Assembly: GCA_034722055.1 (NCBI GenBank)
Contig: JAYENL010000242.1
Coordinates: 64,001-128,000, forward strand
Direction of reading: 5' to 3'
Source of the DNA: Armatimonadota bacterium
Lineage (GTDB): Bacteria > Armatimonadota > Zipacnadia > Zipacnadales > UBA5352
Length of the DNA: 64,000 nucleotides
The position numbers were made by a program, and so were the translations under genes. A model generated the notes under the pieces. It was given only the letters and a program-made list of their open reading frames with translations. It was not told where the DNA came from and did no database searches. Shown piece after piece: positions 8,113-18,079 of the stretch (position 1 is the first letter of the stretch; each line of letters starts with the position of its first letter).

Positions 8113-10797
8113 TCAGTCCATCAGGTAGGGCTTCACCTCGATGAAGTTCAGCCACAGCCGCTGGCCCTCCGGACCGCCCGGCTCATCAGCGCCGGCCCAG
8201 TCCGAGATGGTGAGCGTGGCGCTGGTGGAGGTGGCGCGGAACACCTGCCAGTGCATGTTCACGAAGTAGGGCTGCTGGCGCGTGAACTCGCCCACTCGCC
8301 GCCGCGTTGGATACACCTCGTGGTAGGCATACTTCCCGCCCTCAATCAGCTCCACGCCGTCGAGTTGGATGGACAGGGCGTGCCGCGCCTCCCGCGACAC
8401 GCCATTGACGAGATCGTCATAGTCGCCGAAGAGCATCTTCGCCGAGTAGGTGCGGCCGATTCGCAGCCCGCTGATCTCCTGGCGCAGCACGTTCGGCCGC
8501 TCGGCACTGCGCTCCATCAGCGCGAAGGTGTCATAGCCGCGATAGTGCCGGCCCTGGAGCTTTCCGAGGCCCTCGCGCTCTCCCGCCTCAATGCTGCCCT
8601 CCGCAGCCGGGTGCACCGTCCAGCCCTTCAGATCCTCGGTGAAGTCCGGATTCTCGATGTGCTCGAGCATGTACGGGTCGGCGGTCACACGGCTGGTGTT
8701 GCCCTCGATGCAGTAGTGCTCGAAGAACCGCCCGATCCAGCGCAGCCGCTCCTCGTCGGTGTATCCCGACCGCCAGATGTGCACTCCGCCCAGGCCGAAG
8801 AAGGCCGGATGCGTGGCCAGCATCTGGAACTGCATATCCAGGTAGGCGTTGTAGTTGCAGTGCGGGAAGCCGTCGGCGAAGGGCCACGGGAACGAAAAGG
8901 TCCCCGGCACCCACACGGTCTCGAAGGTCACATCCGGCAGGCTGTCCTCGAACTGGAAGAGCATCCGCTCCGGCGCCCGCCGCATGTAGTCCAGGGCCTC
9001 TCTCAGCGTGGGCCACTCCGCCAGATAGGCCTCCCGGCAGATCATCCCGTCGGCGGCGATGCAGGCCTGTGCGAACTCGACGCTCCCCTCATCCAGCCCG
9101 AACTTGCCGGCCACGTAAGGGAAGAAGCCCTTCTCCGGGTACTGTCTGCGCAGCAGCTTCGCCATCTCAATGTAGGAGGGGTAGGCGGGGTCGTTCGGGG
9201 TGTAGAACTCGTCCACCAGCACACCGTCCATGAGCGGGTGGGCGAAGCCGGGCTTGGTCGAGTAGTGCTCGAAGAGCCGCTGTCCGGTCTCCTCGATCTC
9301 CCCGTGGCCGTGCAGGCCCGGCCGCGACGTGTAGACGATCCACCGCCCGCCCCGGTCGATCCACTGGCGGACGCGGTCCTCGATGCCGCTCGGATCGCCG
9401 GAGGTTATGATGGTCGTGGCACTGGGCAGGATGTGCCTGGAGATGAACTCCCAGTCATACTCGGGGTTGGCCTCGATGTGGTAGACGGTCGTCGGGAAGC
9501 GGCTGTGCTGAATGTCGGGGATGGCCCGCACCTCAAGCTGCACCAGCCGGGCGTCGCCCCCGGCGGCGACCTGGATGGTGTGCTCCCCGGCCTCCACCCG
9601 ACGCTTTGCGAACATCACGCGCTGGGAGCCGTCGTGCAGCGTGATGGCGTCCGCCGGGTCATCCGAGTCCAGCATGACGGCGACCGAGCCGTCGCCGACA
9701 TCCGCGGTGGTGCGGACATACAGCCAGCGCTGGATCGGGACGCTGAACTCGTGCTCTCCGGCCAGGCCACCCTCATCGGCAGTGACATTGAGCAGCTCCC
9801 AGACGAAGTTGTTGAGGGCCTTCACATCCCTGAAGCGCCGATCGCGGCCGGGCCACCGCACGATGACAGTGGCGCCCTCACCCAGAAGCTCCCCCTCAGT
9901 GTCCCGCAACCCCACCAGGGCAATGTAGCTGCCCACCGGCAGGTCGGCGGCGTCGAAGATCAACTCCTCGCGCATGTTCGGGGCAGTCAGCCGCTCCGCC
10001 CGTCCCACCACGACGTCCGTCGCGGCGCTGTGCAGGACGGCCTGCAGGCGCACCTGCGCAACTCCCTCCAGCGGTGGCACATCAACCGAGAGGCCGATCT
10101 TGCCCGGCGCCGGATAGACGCGGGAGCTGACCTGCAGCTCGTCTGAGGGAAGCGACTGCGCCACGGCCGCCACCACGTTGACCTCCTCGGGCCGCGTGAA
10201 GACACGCACGTTGTCGAAGTGCCCCTTGTGCCACACGTAGAAGCCGATCTTCCGGTTCATCGGCCCCGGCAGCGGGTCCTCGTGCGTGTAATCCAGCACC
10301 GTCTCTCCGTCGATGATGTGCCGGAAGCGGTGGCCGAAGCGCTCGCAGACCACATGATGCCACGTGTTCGGCGCGATCTTCGCGACGTATTCCTTCCCGG
10401 GCTGGCCCTTTAGCAGGAACCGGCCGACGGTGTTGTTCTGCGACCCGAAGCCGAAGAAGTAGCCGCTGGAGTAGCCGTCCTCGTTCCCGTTGACGATCGC
10501 GCTGAGGTCGCAGGGATCGTCAACCGGTGCCATGGCGTCGTACTCCAGCCGGATGGCGCCGTCGAGCTTCTTCTGGCAGAAGATCACGTTGCGGCCCATG
10601 TCCTCCTCACGTCCGACGACCAGCTCCCCGTCCTCGATGCGCGCCAGGCCCGACGCCCACCAGTCCTCGCCGAGCTCCTCGCGCTCGAAGACGTCCTCGA
10701 ACTGCAGCGTCCAGTCCTCGGCCGCCGCCAGTCCGGCGGCCAGCGTCATGATGGCGACCGCACCTGCAAGCGTCAGTCCGCGCGTGTACATTGACAT
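8113..10797 (-). CDS. Large secreted hypothetical protein with N-terminal LamG/concanavalin-A-like domain and C-terminal CBM-like domain
   Basis: AAGGAG SD; signal peptide ending AAA-E; WTLQFEDVFEREELGEDW...TWHHVVCER...IGFY...HFDNVRVF jelly-roll pattern; ENPDFTEDLKGWT CBM-like start. Confidence 0.7.
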   Translation of the reverse strand: MSMYTRGLTLAGAVAIMTLAAGLAAAEDWTLQFEDVFEREELGEDWWASGLARIEDGELVVGREEDMGRNVIFCQKKLDGAIRLEYDAMAPVDDPCDLSAIVNGNEDGYSSGYFFGFGSQNNTVGRFLLKGQPGKEYVAKIAPNTWHHVVCERFGHRFRHIIDGETVLDYTHEDPLPGPMNRKIGFYVWHKGHFDNVRVFTRPEEVNVVAAVAQSLPSDELQVSSRVYPAPGKIGLSVDVPPLEGVAQVRLQAVLHSAATDVVVGRAERLTAPNMREELIFDAADLPVGSYIALVGLRDTEGELLGEGATVIVRWPGRDRRFRDVKALNNFVWELLNVTADEGGLAGEHEFSVPIQRWLYVRTTADVGDGSVAVMLDSDDPADAITLHDGSQRVMFAKRRVEAGEHTIQVAAGGDARLVQLEVRAIPDIQHSRFPTTVYHIEANPEYDWEFISRHILPSATTIITSGDPSGIEDRVRQWIDRGGRWIVYTSRPGLHGHGEIEETGQRLFEHYSTKPGFAHPLMDGVLVDEFYTPNDPAYPSYIEMAKLLRRQYPEKGFFPYVAGKFGLDEGSVEFAQACIAADGMICREAYLAEWPTLREALDYMRRAPERMLFQFEDSLPDVTFETVWVPGTFSFPWPFADGFPHCNYNAYLDMQFQMLATHPAFFGLGGVHIWRSGYTDEERLRWIGRFFEHYCIEGNTSRVTADPYMLEHIENPDFTEDLKGWTVHPAAEGSIEAGEREGLGKLQGRHYRGYDTFALMERSAERPNVLRQEISGLRIGRTYSAKMLFGDYDDLVNGVSREARHALSIQLDGVELIEGGKYAYHEVYPTRRRVGEFTRQQPYFVNMHWQVFRATSTSATLTISDWAGADEPGGPEGQRLWLNFIEVKPYLMD

Positions 10798-10850
10798 GGT
10801 TCGGCTCCTTGCGCCGAAGGTATGCGCGTTCGTCGAGCCACGTCGAAGCG

Positions 10851-10875
10851 TTCACCGCGGTCCGGCGTGAATCCT
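10851..10875 (-). promoter_or_regulatory. AGG-N19-GAA (sigma-H-like) promoter motif
   Basis: Minus strand AGGATTCACGCCGGACCGCGGTGAA, about 55 nt upstream of the 894-aa gene. Confidence 0.55.
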
Positions 10876-10891
10876 CTCGGCGCCAGCGGGA

Positions 10892-10916
10892 AGGGAGTTG
10901 GCGGCTCAGTTGGGAA
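10892..10916 (+). promoter_or_regulatory. AGG-N19-GAA (sigma-H-like) promoter motif
   Basis: AGGGAGTTGGCGGCTCAGTTGGGAA, about 45 nt upstream of the DUF4091 gene. Confidence 0.5.
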
Positions 10917-10960
10917 GAAGCCCCGTGAGCAGAATCCGGGAGCCACGGGAGGTCCATACC

Positions 10961-12907
10961 ATGTCAGCTTGGGACGCCTTCGCCGTTGCGGCCATCGCCA
11001 CGCTGCTGCTGTGCACATCCGCCGGTGCCGAGCAGGCGCTGTGGCCGGTCAACTGCCTCACCAAGGTCATGCCCGACACGCCGCCGGGAGGGGGCGGCGC
11101 CATCGAGATTGAGGGCGCGCGGGGCGAGACGGTCAGCGCTCAGGCGGCCATCCGCTCGGATGAGCCACTGGCCGGCGCGCAGCCCTCCATCACGGCCCTC
11201 AGCGGCGCCGAGGGCGAGATTCCAGCCAATGCTATGGGGCTGCTCTGGGAGCGCTTCATCGACATCACGCGCAACAGCCCGCTGCCCGAGGACGTCATGG
11301 TCGCCAAGGCCCCCGCCAGCATCCCCGACCCGTTCTGGGAGCAGCCCGCCCGCGACATCCCCGCCGACGCTACTCAGCCCCTGTGGCTGGAGATCGCCAT
11401 CCCTCGCGAGGCCGCCCCCGGCCGCTACGAGGGAGAGCTGACGGTACGCTGGGAGGGCGGGGAGGCCGCGCTGCCGCTGCGGCTGCGCGTGCGCGACTTC
11501 GAGATGCCCCAGGAGCGGCACCTGATGGTCACCAACTGGTTCACCTTCCCGGGCGTGCCCTGGCGCGACACCGTGGAGACCGGCTCCGACCAGTACTGGG
11601 AGCTGGCCCGCAAGTTCGCCGAGATCATGGGCCGGCACCGCCAGAACGTCTTCCGGGCGTGGCTGAGCTGGGCAAGCTTCAGCTACGACCCCGATCACGG
11701 CTTCTCAGCGGATTGGTCGCGCTTCGACCGCTGGGCGGAGACGTTCTTCGATACCGGCTACTTCGACCGCATGGAGATCTGGGGCACGGGTCGCCGCACC
11801 GGAAGCCACACCGGACTGGACACCCGCATCATCATGGTGGACTTCTCCGTGGAGACTCCCGAGGGCGTGGAGCTGACCACCGAGGAGAAGTTCCGCGGCG
11901 TGCTGGGCCTGCTCGAGGAGCACCTGCAGGAGCGGGGCTGGCAGGACCGGGCCATGATCCACGTCTGCGACGAGCCCTTCCAGCCGTCGGTGCCAACCTA
12001 CCGCCAGATCGCCGATCTGGTCCACGAGGTGGCGCCCAGCCTCAAGATCATCGAGGCCATCGAGGCCGAGGGCTTCGGGGACTCCCTGGACGTGTGGGTG
12101 CCCAAGCTCAGCCACCTGAACCTGTGGTGGGAGAACTTCCGCGAGGAGAAGCGGGGCCGCGACATCGAGCTGTGGTTCTACACCTGCTGCCACCCGGTCG
12201 GGCGCTACCCCAACCGCTTCCTGGACCAGCCCCTCACCGCCGTCCGCGCTCTGCACTGGATCGACTACCTTTACGACCTCGACGGCTACCTGCACTGGGG
12301 CCTGAACCACTACCACGGCGATCAGCCCTTCACCGAGGAGGGCATCTCCGGGCCGCACCCGCTGGGCGACCACGCCATCATGTACCCCACCGAGGATGGA
12401 CCCATGGGCTCGCTCCGCTGGTCGGCGATGCGCGACGGCATCCAGGACTTCGAGTACCTGTGGCTGCTCACCCGGCGCCTGACCGAGCTCAAGCAGCGCC
12501 TCGGGGATGACGGCTGGTGGCTCGACCCCCGCCAGCGCCCGGAGGAGTTGTGCCGGCGCGTGGTGCAGTCGTTCTATCGCTACAACCCGGACGCGGGGCG
12601 GCTTCTGGAGGCTCGCTCACTGATCGCGGACGAGATCGAGGCCCTGCAGAACGATCCGCTGCTGTTCGTGCAGACCTCGCCGCCGGAGCATACCGAGATT
12701 CCGGCCGGCCCGCGGCTGATCAACATCTACGGGGCGGCCGACCCGGGTGCGGTCATCTCCGTCAACGGCGAAGAGAAGCTGACCGTCGGCGAGTCCGGCA
12801 CATTCGAGATGCCGCACTTCATCGGCGGGGATGGCGTCGTCCGCATCACCGCCGCGCTCGACGGGAGGCAGGCACATGCCGACCGCGCTTTCGTGCTCAC
12901 CGAGTAG
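10961..12907 (+). CDS. Secreted DUF4091/GH123-like glycoside hydrolase
   Basis: GGGAGG SD and ATG 10961; signal peptide; ARGETVSAQ, HVCDEP (catalytic DE pair), WFYTCC, GYLHWG, GD..IMYP, SLRW..MRDGIQDFEYLWLL. Confidence 0.8.
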   Translation: MSAWDAFAVAAIATLLLCTSAGAEQALWPVNCLTKVMPDTPPGGGGAIEIEGARGETVSAQAAIRSDEPLAGAQPSITALSGAEGEIPANAMGLLWERFIDITRNSPLPEDVMVAKAPASIPDPFWEQPARDIPADATQPLWLEIAIPREAAPGRYEGELTVRWEGGEAALPLRLRVRDFEMPQERHLMVTNWFTFPGVPWRDTVETGSDQYWELARKFAEIMGRHRQNVFRAWLSWASFSYDPDHGFSADWSRFDRWAETFFDTGYFDRMEIWGTGRRTGSHTGLDTRIIMVDFSVETPEGVELTTEEKFRGVLGLLEEHLQERGWQDRAMIHVCDEPFQPSVPTYRQIADLVHEVAPSLKIIEAIEAEGFGDSLDVWVPKLSHLNLWWENFREEKRGRDIELWFYTCCHPVGRYPNRFLDQPLTAVRALHWIDYLYDLDGYLHWGLNHYHGDQPFTEEGISGPHPLGDHAIMYPTEDGPMGSLRWSAMRDGIQDFEYLWLLTRRLTELKQRLGDDGWWLDPRQRPEELCRRVVQSFYRYNPDAGRLLEARSLIADEIEALQNDPLLFVQTSPPEHTEIPAGPRLINIYGAADPGAVISVNGEEKLTVGESGTFEMPHFIGGDGVVRITAALDGRQAHADRAFVLTE

Positions 12908-12996
12908 CTCCGCGCGGCTGACGAGGCTGATGGCCATTGACCGCGCCCGAAGGCACCTGCTGGTGGCGGTGGCGGCAGGCGGCCGATAGCGGGCGC

Positions 12997-15213
12997 TCAC
13001 TCCAGGTCCTCGGCTGGCAGGATGCTGAAATCGTCGAACCAGAACTGGTCGCCCTTGGACCCGTTTCCGTTGGTCCAGAAGCGCAGCATCTTCAGCAGCC
13101 TCACGTTCCGGTGCACCTCGCGGATGGCGCGGGCGTCGATGGTGACCTCGTGCCACTGCCCGTCGTCAATCAGCTCCCACCTCGGCACGTGCGGATAGCC
13201 GCCCGGATCGCGAGCCGCGCTGCCGCCCACGCAGACGGCGCCTATCCCCCACTCGTCGCTGGCAAACGGATAGAGCATGATCCCCACCGGCACGCCCTCG
13301 GGGATGCGGTAGGCGAAGCGCGCGTAGGGGAAGCGATCGATGTCCCACCATCGGGGCCGGATGTCGCAGGCCATGATGGCCCCGTCATCCTCAGCATACA
13401 CGCGCATCGACCGCTCGCCCGAGTTGGCCGTCGTCTCGTCCAGCCGGGAGTCAGTGTTCTTCTGCCGCGAGAAGTTCCAGTAGTAGTGCCAGTCCTCCCG
13501 GTCCTCCTCCTCGAAGCCTACGACCACCACCGGCTCGCTGGCTGTCTCCATGGTGGGCAGCCGCAGACCCTCGGGCACCCCGGGTGCCAGGTACCACTCC
13601 TCGCCCTCAGCCCCCATCTCGAAGGCGCCCAGATCGGGCGCCGAGCCTGCGTACGGGAGGGTCACCGGGGCGCCCTCCCGCCAGGTCAGGTCCCGGTCCA
13701 GCGCCAGCATGTTCGCCTCCAGGTCCCGCCCGATCACGCGTGCCTGCGCGCGCTCCTCCCCCACCACGATCAGGTCGCCCTGCTCCCCGGGGATGCCGAA
13801 GCCGTCGTAGAAGTAGCGCGCGTCCTCGACCTGCAGGAGTCTGCCGGAGCCGCCGACGGCCGCGCGCGTCAGCGGGCGGCCGGCGTCGATGGCCGGGCTG
13901 CCCTCCCGCAGGCGGTAGTCGTCGGCCTCCGCGTCCACGAACCGCGGGTCGGCGTCGATGCTGTCCGCGAACTGCTCCCGCCGCTGCCTGTGCGCCTCAT
14001 CTACCGTCCACGGCTCGCCCGGCCACTCCGCCGCTCGCGCGTAGCTCTCATAGACGCGTATCGCCGCCCGGCCCGGGCGGTCGCCGCAGATGAGGTTGCT
14101 CAGCCAGCGGTTGTCGTCGCCGATGTTGTCGCGGATCAGCAGCGCCGTACGCCCGCCGCCGGGATCGTTGTCGAAGAAGATGTTGTTGGCGAAGACATTC
14201 TGGTAGACCCAGTGGTCGCGGCGGGACTCGCCTCCGTAGTCGGAGAGCTGGAAGCCCCCGTCGTGGTTCCGGTACCAGGTGTTGTGGTACAGCCGCGAGC
14301 GGGCCATCGAGAATGGGTCGGCCTCGGGGTGCCCCGGCCACTGGTAGGCGTTGATGACCAGCGGCATGTACCAGTTGCGGTAGATCAGGTTTCGGCGGAA
14401 GATGCTGTCGATGATGAACAGCTTCGCTCGGCCATCGGCTGAGCCGGAGCCGTCGAAGCCATTGGTGATGACGTTGCCCTCGACCAGCATCAGCGGGGCG
14501 GAGAAGAACTCGAAGTTCCGGCCCCAGCGGCAGTCGAAGACGTTGCCCCGCAGCACCATGTACTCGCAGTCGAACCACACGTGCAGCGGGCAGTGGCCCG
14601 CGCGGCTGAAGTAGTTGCCCTCAAAGAGGCAGTGCGAGCAGCCCCGGTTGTTCCACATGTTCCCGCCGATGTGCCCCCACTCGTTGATGGAGTGCAGGCG
14701 CAGCACCCGATTGCGCAGATAGCGGTTGTAGTGGCAGTCAGTGCAGGTCGTGGCCCCCCAGCCCTCGCCCTCCTCCATGGTGCAGTCCGCCACCGTGCAG
14801 TGCTCCGCGCCCTCCAGCAGCATCCAGCGACCGCGTGCCGGCAGCATGTGAAAGCCCTCGATGACGATGTGGCTGCGCCCGGGCAGGTAGACGCACGCGG
14901 CCTGCCCGTTGGACGCCTCTCCGCCGCGCAGCACCGCCCCAAGCGGGTTCTCCGAGCGATAGGTGATCGGCGCGCCCTCCTCGCCCGAGGTGGCAGGCTC
15001 GATGACGCCCTCGTACTCCCCGTCCGGCAGCACCACCGTGTCGCCCGGCTGCAGCGACTCATTCGCCTTCGCCAGCGTCCGCCAGGGGCTCCCGCGCGTG
15101 CCCTCGGCGGCGTCATCCCCTTCCGGCGAGAGGTAGTAGCTCTCGGCGTGCACCGCGCTCATCGCGAGGATCACCGCCAGCGCGACCATGATCGGAACGG
15201 GCATCCTCATCAT
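12997..15213 (-). CDS. Secreted right-handed parallel beta-helix protein (DUF1565-type N-terminus) with C-terminal carbohydrate-binding-like domain
   Basis: Real start at ATG 15213 after AAGGAG; YYLSPEGDDAAEGTRGSPWRTL; Asn-rich beta-helix repeats; DYRLREGSPAIDAG; APDLGAFE. Confidence 0.8.
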   Translation of the reverse strand: MMRMPVPIMVALAVILAMSAVHAESYYLSPEGDDAAEGTRGSPWRTLAKANESLQPGDTVVLPDGEYEGVIEPATSGEEGAPITYRSENPLGAVLRGGEASNGQAACVYLPGRSHIVIEGFHMLPARGRWMLLEGAEHCTVADCTMEEGEGWGATTCTDCHYNRYLRNRVLRLHSINEWGHIGGNMWNNRGCSHCLFEGNYFSRAGHCPLHVWFDCEYMVLRGNVFDCRWGRNFEFFSAPLMLVEGNVITNGFDGSGSADGRAKLFIIDSIFRRNLIYRNWYMPLVINAYQWPGHPEADPFSMARSRLYHNTWYRNHDGGFQLSDYGGESRRDHWVYQNVFANNIFFDNDPGGGRTALLIRDNIGDDNRWLSNLICGDRPGRAAIRVYESYARAAEWPGEPWTVDEAHRQRREQFADSIDADPRFVDAEADDYRLREGSPAIDAGRPLTRAAVGGSGRLLQVEDARYFYDGFGIPGEQGDLIVVGEERAQARVIGRDLEANMLALDRDLTWREGAPVTLPYAGSAPDLGAFEMGAEGEEWYLAPGVPEGLRLPTMETASEPVVVVGFEEEDREDWHYYWNFSRQKNTDSRLDETTANSGERSMRVYAEDDGAIMACDIRPRWWDIDRFPYARFAYRIPEGVPVGIMLYPFASDEWGIGAVCVGGSAARDPGGYPHVPRWELIDDGQWHEVTIDARAIREVHRNVRLLKMLRFWTNGNGSKGDQFWFDDFSILPAEDLE

Positions 15214-15250
15214 GCTCTCTCCTTGCGCTCCCGGAGCCTGCGGGCACCCT

Positions 15251-15275
15251 TTCCGGCCATCGCGAAGGGACTCCT
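15251..15275 (-). promoter_or_regulatory. AGG-N19-GAA (sigma-H-like) promoter motif
   Basis: Minus strand AGGAGTCCCTTCGCGATGGCCGGAA, about 38 nt upstream of the beta-helix gene. Confidence 0.55.
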
Positions 15276-15333
15276 CCGCCGGCGAGGAAACTGCGGAAGC
15301 GCACAACGCGATGACAGGTGAGGAGCCAATGTC

Positions 15334-16215
15334 ATGCTCATCGACTGCCACACACACGTCTGCCGCACCCACTCCGTGCCGCGCAGCAATGGCAGCGACT
15401 ACGCCGACGGCGATCAGCTCGTCGGCAGGCTCGATGACCTCGGGATCGACATGGCGGTGGTGCTCGCGGGCGTCAGCCCTGAGTGCCGGAATCGCTACGT
15501 GCCGCCGGAGGATGTCGTGGAGGTCTGTAAGGCGCACTCGGACCGGCTGATCCCCTTCTGCAACGTCGATCCCCGCGCCGGTTCCAACAGCCCGGAGACG
15601 GACTTCACCCGCTTCTTCGACACTTACGTGGAGATGGGTTGCAGGGGCGTGGGCGAGATGACTGCCAACCTCGACTTCGACGATCCGATGTGCTGGAACC
15701 TCTTCGGGCACATCTCCGACTACGGCCTGCCGATGACCATCCACATCGCGCCCAGCCGCGGCGGCGCCTACGGGCTCTATGACGACCTCGGCCTGCCGCG
15801 GCTGGAGAGGACGCTGCAGGAGTTCCCGGACCTCACCATCCTCGGCCACTCGCAGCCGTTCTGGGCGGAGATCAGCGCCGACGTCACTGAGGAGACGCGC
15901 AACGGCTACCCCGACGGCGAGGTCACGCCCGGGCGCCTCGTGGAGCTGTTCGAGAGCTACGAGAACCTGTGGGGCGATCTCTCCGCCGGCAGCGGCCACA
16001 ACGCCATCAGCCGCGACCCTGAGTTCGGGAATCAGTTCATCGAGCAGTTTCAGGACCGGTTGATGTTCGGCACCGACATCTCATTCCCGGAGTACGAGCC
16101 GCCGCTGCCGGACTACTTCCGCTCGCTGAGGGGCCAGATCTCCGACGAGGCCTGGGAGAAGGTGGCCTGGCGCAACATCGACCGGCTGCTGGATCTGGGA
16201 GTGGCCCAAGGCTGA
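15334..16215 (+). CDS. Amidohydrolase-family (Amidohydro_2) TIM-barrel metalloenzyme
   Basis: LIDCHTH, GVGE, LPMTIH, ILGH, RLMFGTD; GAGGAG SD. Confidence 0.88.
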   Translation: MLIDCHTHVCRTHSVPRSNGSDYADGDQLVGRLDDLGIDMAVVLAGVSPECRNRYVPPEDVVEVCKAHSDRLIPFCNVDPRAGSNSPETDFTRFFDTYVEMGCRGVGEMTANLDFDDPMCWNLFGHISDYGLPMTIHIAPSRGGAYGLYDDLGLPRLERTLQEFPDLTILGHSQPFWAEISADVTEETRNGYPDGEVTPGRLVELFESYENLWGDLSAGSGHNAISRDPEFGNQFIEQFQDRLMFGTDISFPEYEPPLPDYFRSLRGQISDEAWEKVAWRNIDRLLDLGVAQG

Positions 16216-16238
16216 GTGCTGAAGCCGCGCACAAGCCC

Positions 16239-17393
16239 CTAGGCCCAAGCGCCATCGAGCAGCTCATCAGGAACTGGCAACCCAACGCTGGCACGCACGT
16301 GGAGGTGCCCGAGCGCCGCCATCTCACGGATCATAGCGGCGACCTCGCTCTCGGCGAATGGTGGGCTCCGGCGCTGCTTCCAGTCCATAACGTACTCGAA
16401 GACCTCGGCTTCAGTCGGCGGCTCCCGTCCGCTCCGCAACTGATCGGCCGCGAAATGCACGGTCCCTGCAAGTTCCGCGGTGCGAGTGTCCATTCGCGCG
16501 AAGAGGTCGTGTAGCTGGTCAATCACGTCTTCACAGCGTCGAAGCTCATCGCGGTACTCATCGCGAGCGTCAGCGTAGGTAGGGCCTGGATGCGCGCGGA
16601 ACATCCGCCCACTGCGCTCTTCGCGAAGCAGGCCGTTATTGATGAGCAGGCTCAGGACGCCCTTGAGCTCATCCGAGTACGGGCCGTAGCTTGATCTGCG
16701 GAATCGAAGCCCGGTGGGCAGCCCCAGCGCCGTGGCAAAGTAGGCGAGCTTCTGCAGTTTCGTGCGGCCTGTGGGAGGCGTGTAGGGCTCCGCCTCCAGC
16801 CGACGCAAGACCTCGATCACGGCAATCAGACCAGGTTCGAGTGAGGCCCCAGCGCCGTCACCATGGTCGGTCTTGATAGGTTCTTCGAAGAAGTCTAGGG
16901 TGAGTTGCTCCGGCGGTGCATCCCAAGGAGCGTAGAGCTCGACAGGGATGTGCAACTCCCCGAGAAGGCGGTATAGTGTCGGCCCGACGATGCGCCAATC
17001 CAGTTGGCCGTTTCCACACCCCAATGGTGGCACAGCTATCGACTCAATTCCCCATTCGTCAGCATGGGCAATCAGGTAACGCATCCCCTCGATAATGTCG
17101 CTGATCCGGGAGAAGGCTCGCCAGTGCCCCTTGGTGGGGAAAAGCACTATGTGCGGTGGCTTCTCTCGTTCGAATAGGTAGGGCTTGCCGAGCTGAACCT
17201 CCCCGGCCTTACAGCGCCGAACATAGTCCTCGTACATGTCCGGGAACCGCTCACGGAAGCCTAGGGCAATGCCCTTGCCCATCACGCCAACGCAGTTTAC
17301 GGAGTTCACCAGCGTCTGAGCATTGGATTTGAACAGATCGCCTTGGACGACACGAACCCCCGTTCCCCGATCGTTAGCGGAGAAAGAACACAT
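16239..17393 (-). CDS. darG: DarG antitoxin (macrodomain DNA ADP-ribosylglycohydrolase with C-terminal domain)
   Basis: GDLF...LVNSVNCVGVMGKGIALGFRERFP, FPTKGHWR, SIAVPPLGCGNGQLDW; C-terminal GRTKLQKLAYF...YGPYS. ATG 17393 lies 9 nt after GGAGG and overlaps the darT end. Confidence 0.92.
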   Translation of the reverse strand: MCSFSANDRGTGVRVVQGDLFKSNAQTLVNSVNCVGVMGKGIALGFRERFPDMYEDYVRRCKAGEVQLGKPYLFEREKPPHIVLFPTKGHWRAFSRISDIIEGMRYLIAHADEWGIESIAVPPLGCGNGQLDWRIVGPTLYRLLGELHIPVELYAPWDAPPEQLTLDFFEEPIKTDHGDGAGASLEPGLIAVIEVLRRLEAEPYTPPTGRTKLQKLAYFATALGLPTGLRFRRSSYGPYSDELKGVLSLLINNGLLREERSGRMFRAHPGPTYADARDEYRDELRRCEDVIDQLHDLFARMDTRTAELAGTVHFAADQLRSGREPPTEAEVFEYVMDWKQRRSPPFAESEVAAMIREMAALGHLHVRASVGLPVPDELLDGAWA

Positions 17394-17997
17394 CGGCATC
17401 TACCTCCACTGGCAGGGCAGGATACGCCTGCGCGACTAGCGCGGCAAGACGTGCGCGCGCTTTCGCACTCGACACGGTTACACGAACGATGTGCTCCGGA
17501 TCCACTCTCTCGGGAACGAGAACCTCAGCGCACTTGATCCTTTTGCGCCTGGCCTTCTCGATCGGATCTTCGTGATCCCATGAACGTGCAAAGACAAGTT
17601 CCGCATCGAGGTGCGCAAGACCTGCTGGCGACGGATAGAAGCGGGTCAACTTCGCTGCTGCATTGCCGTCGGCAATAACCACGCCCTCAAGTCGCAGCAC
17701 GCCAGGTGCCACACCGATGACGCAGAGGCGTTCGTGATCGTGATGCAAGCAGTACATCATCGGGTTGCGCGGGCAGAAATACAGGTTCGCATAGGAATGG
17801 AGTGGCAGCGAGGTCCCGTCGTGCATTTGCAGCTTGCGGCGGGCGCGTCGTCGTTGGACACTCTCGTTCGCCACGGAAACATGTTCATGCCCTCGGGCGG
17901 CAACATGCGACAGGATCCCCAGTTCGAGTATCGAACGCAGATTCGACTGCGACGCAATATAGTGTAATTGTCCGACTTCGTCAAGTCGCAATCGCAT
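17374..17997 (-). CDS. darT: DarT toxin (DUF4433 ssDNA ADP-ribosyltransferase)
   Basis: LHYI...NLRSILELGILS, YANLYFCPRNPMMY, ADGNAA, CAEVLVP with the catalytic Glu; directly upstream of darG. Confidence 0.92.
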   Translation of the reverse strand: MRLRLDEVGQLHYIASQSNLRSILELGILSHVAARGHEHVSVANESVQRRRARRKLQMHDGTSLPLHSYANLYFCPRNPMMYCLHHDHERLCVIGVAPGVLRLEGVVIADGNAAAKLTRFYPSPAGLAHLDAELVFARSWDHEDPIEKARRKRIKCAEVLVPERVDPEHIVRVTVSSAKARARLAALVAQAYPALPVEVDADVFFLR

Positions 17998-18079
17998 TTC
18001 CCCCGTTTCTCGCACTGGGTCGGCCTACATGCGCCTCCGCAGATCGAATCCGCCACGATGGCATCCAGTCCATTGAGCG

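Noticed and set aside
8095..10146. 683-aa plus-strand ORF and similar long antisense ORFs (25057-26829, 29335-31704, 35338-37335, 43897-45699, 61336-63423)
   Set aside because: Stop-free shadows of high-GC3 genes on the other strand, with no recognisable motifs.
15214..15999. N-terminal ~260 aa of the 1000-aa ORF
   Set aside because: Antisense to the amidohydrolase; signal peptide, SD and promoter motif place the real start at 15213.
16203..16249. GGCCCAAG repeated near the darG end as a possible target-site duplication
   Set aside because: Both copies lie on the same side of darTG and there is no matching copy at the other boundary.
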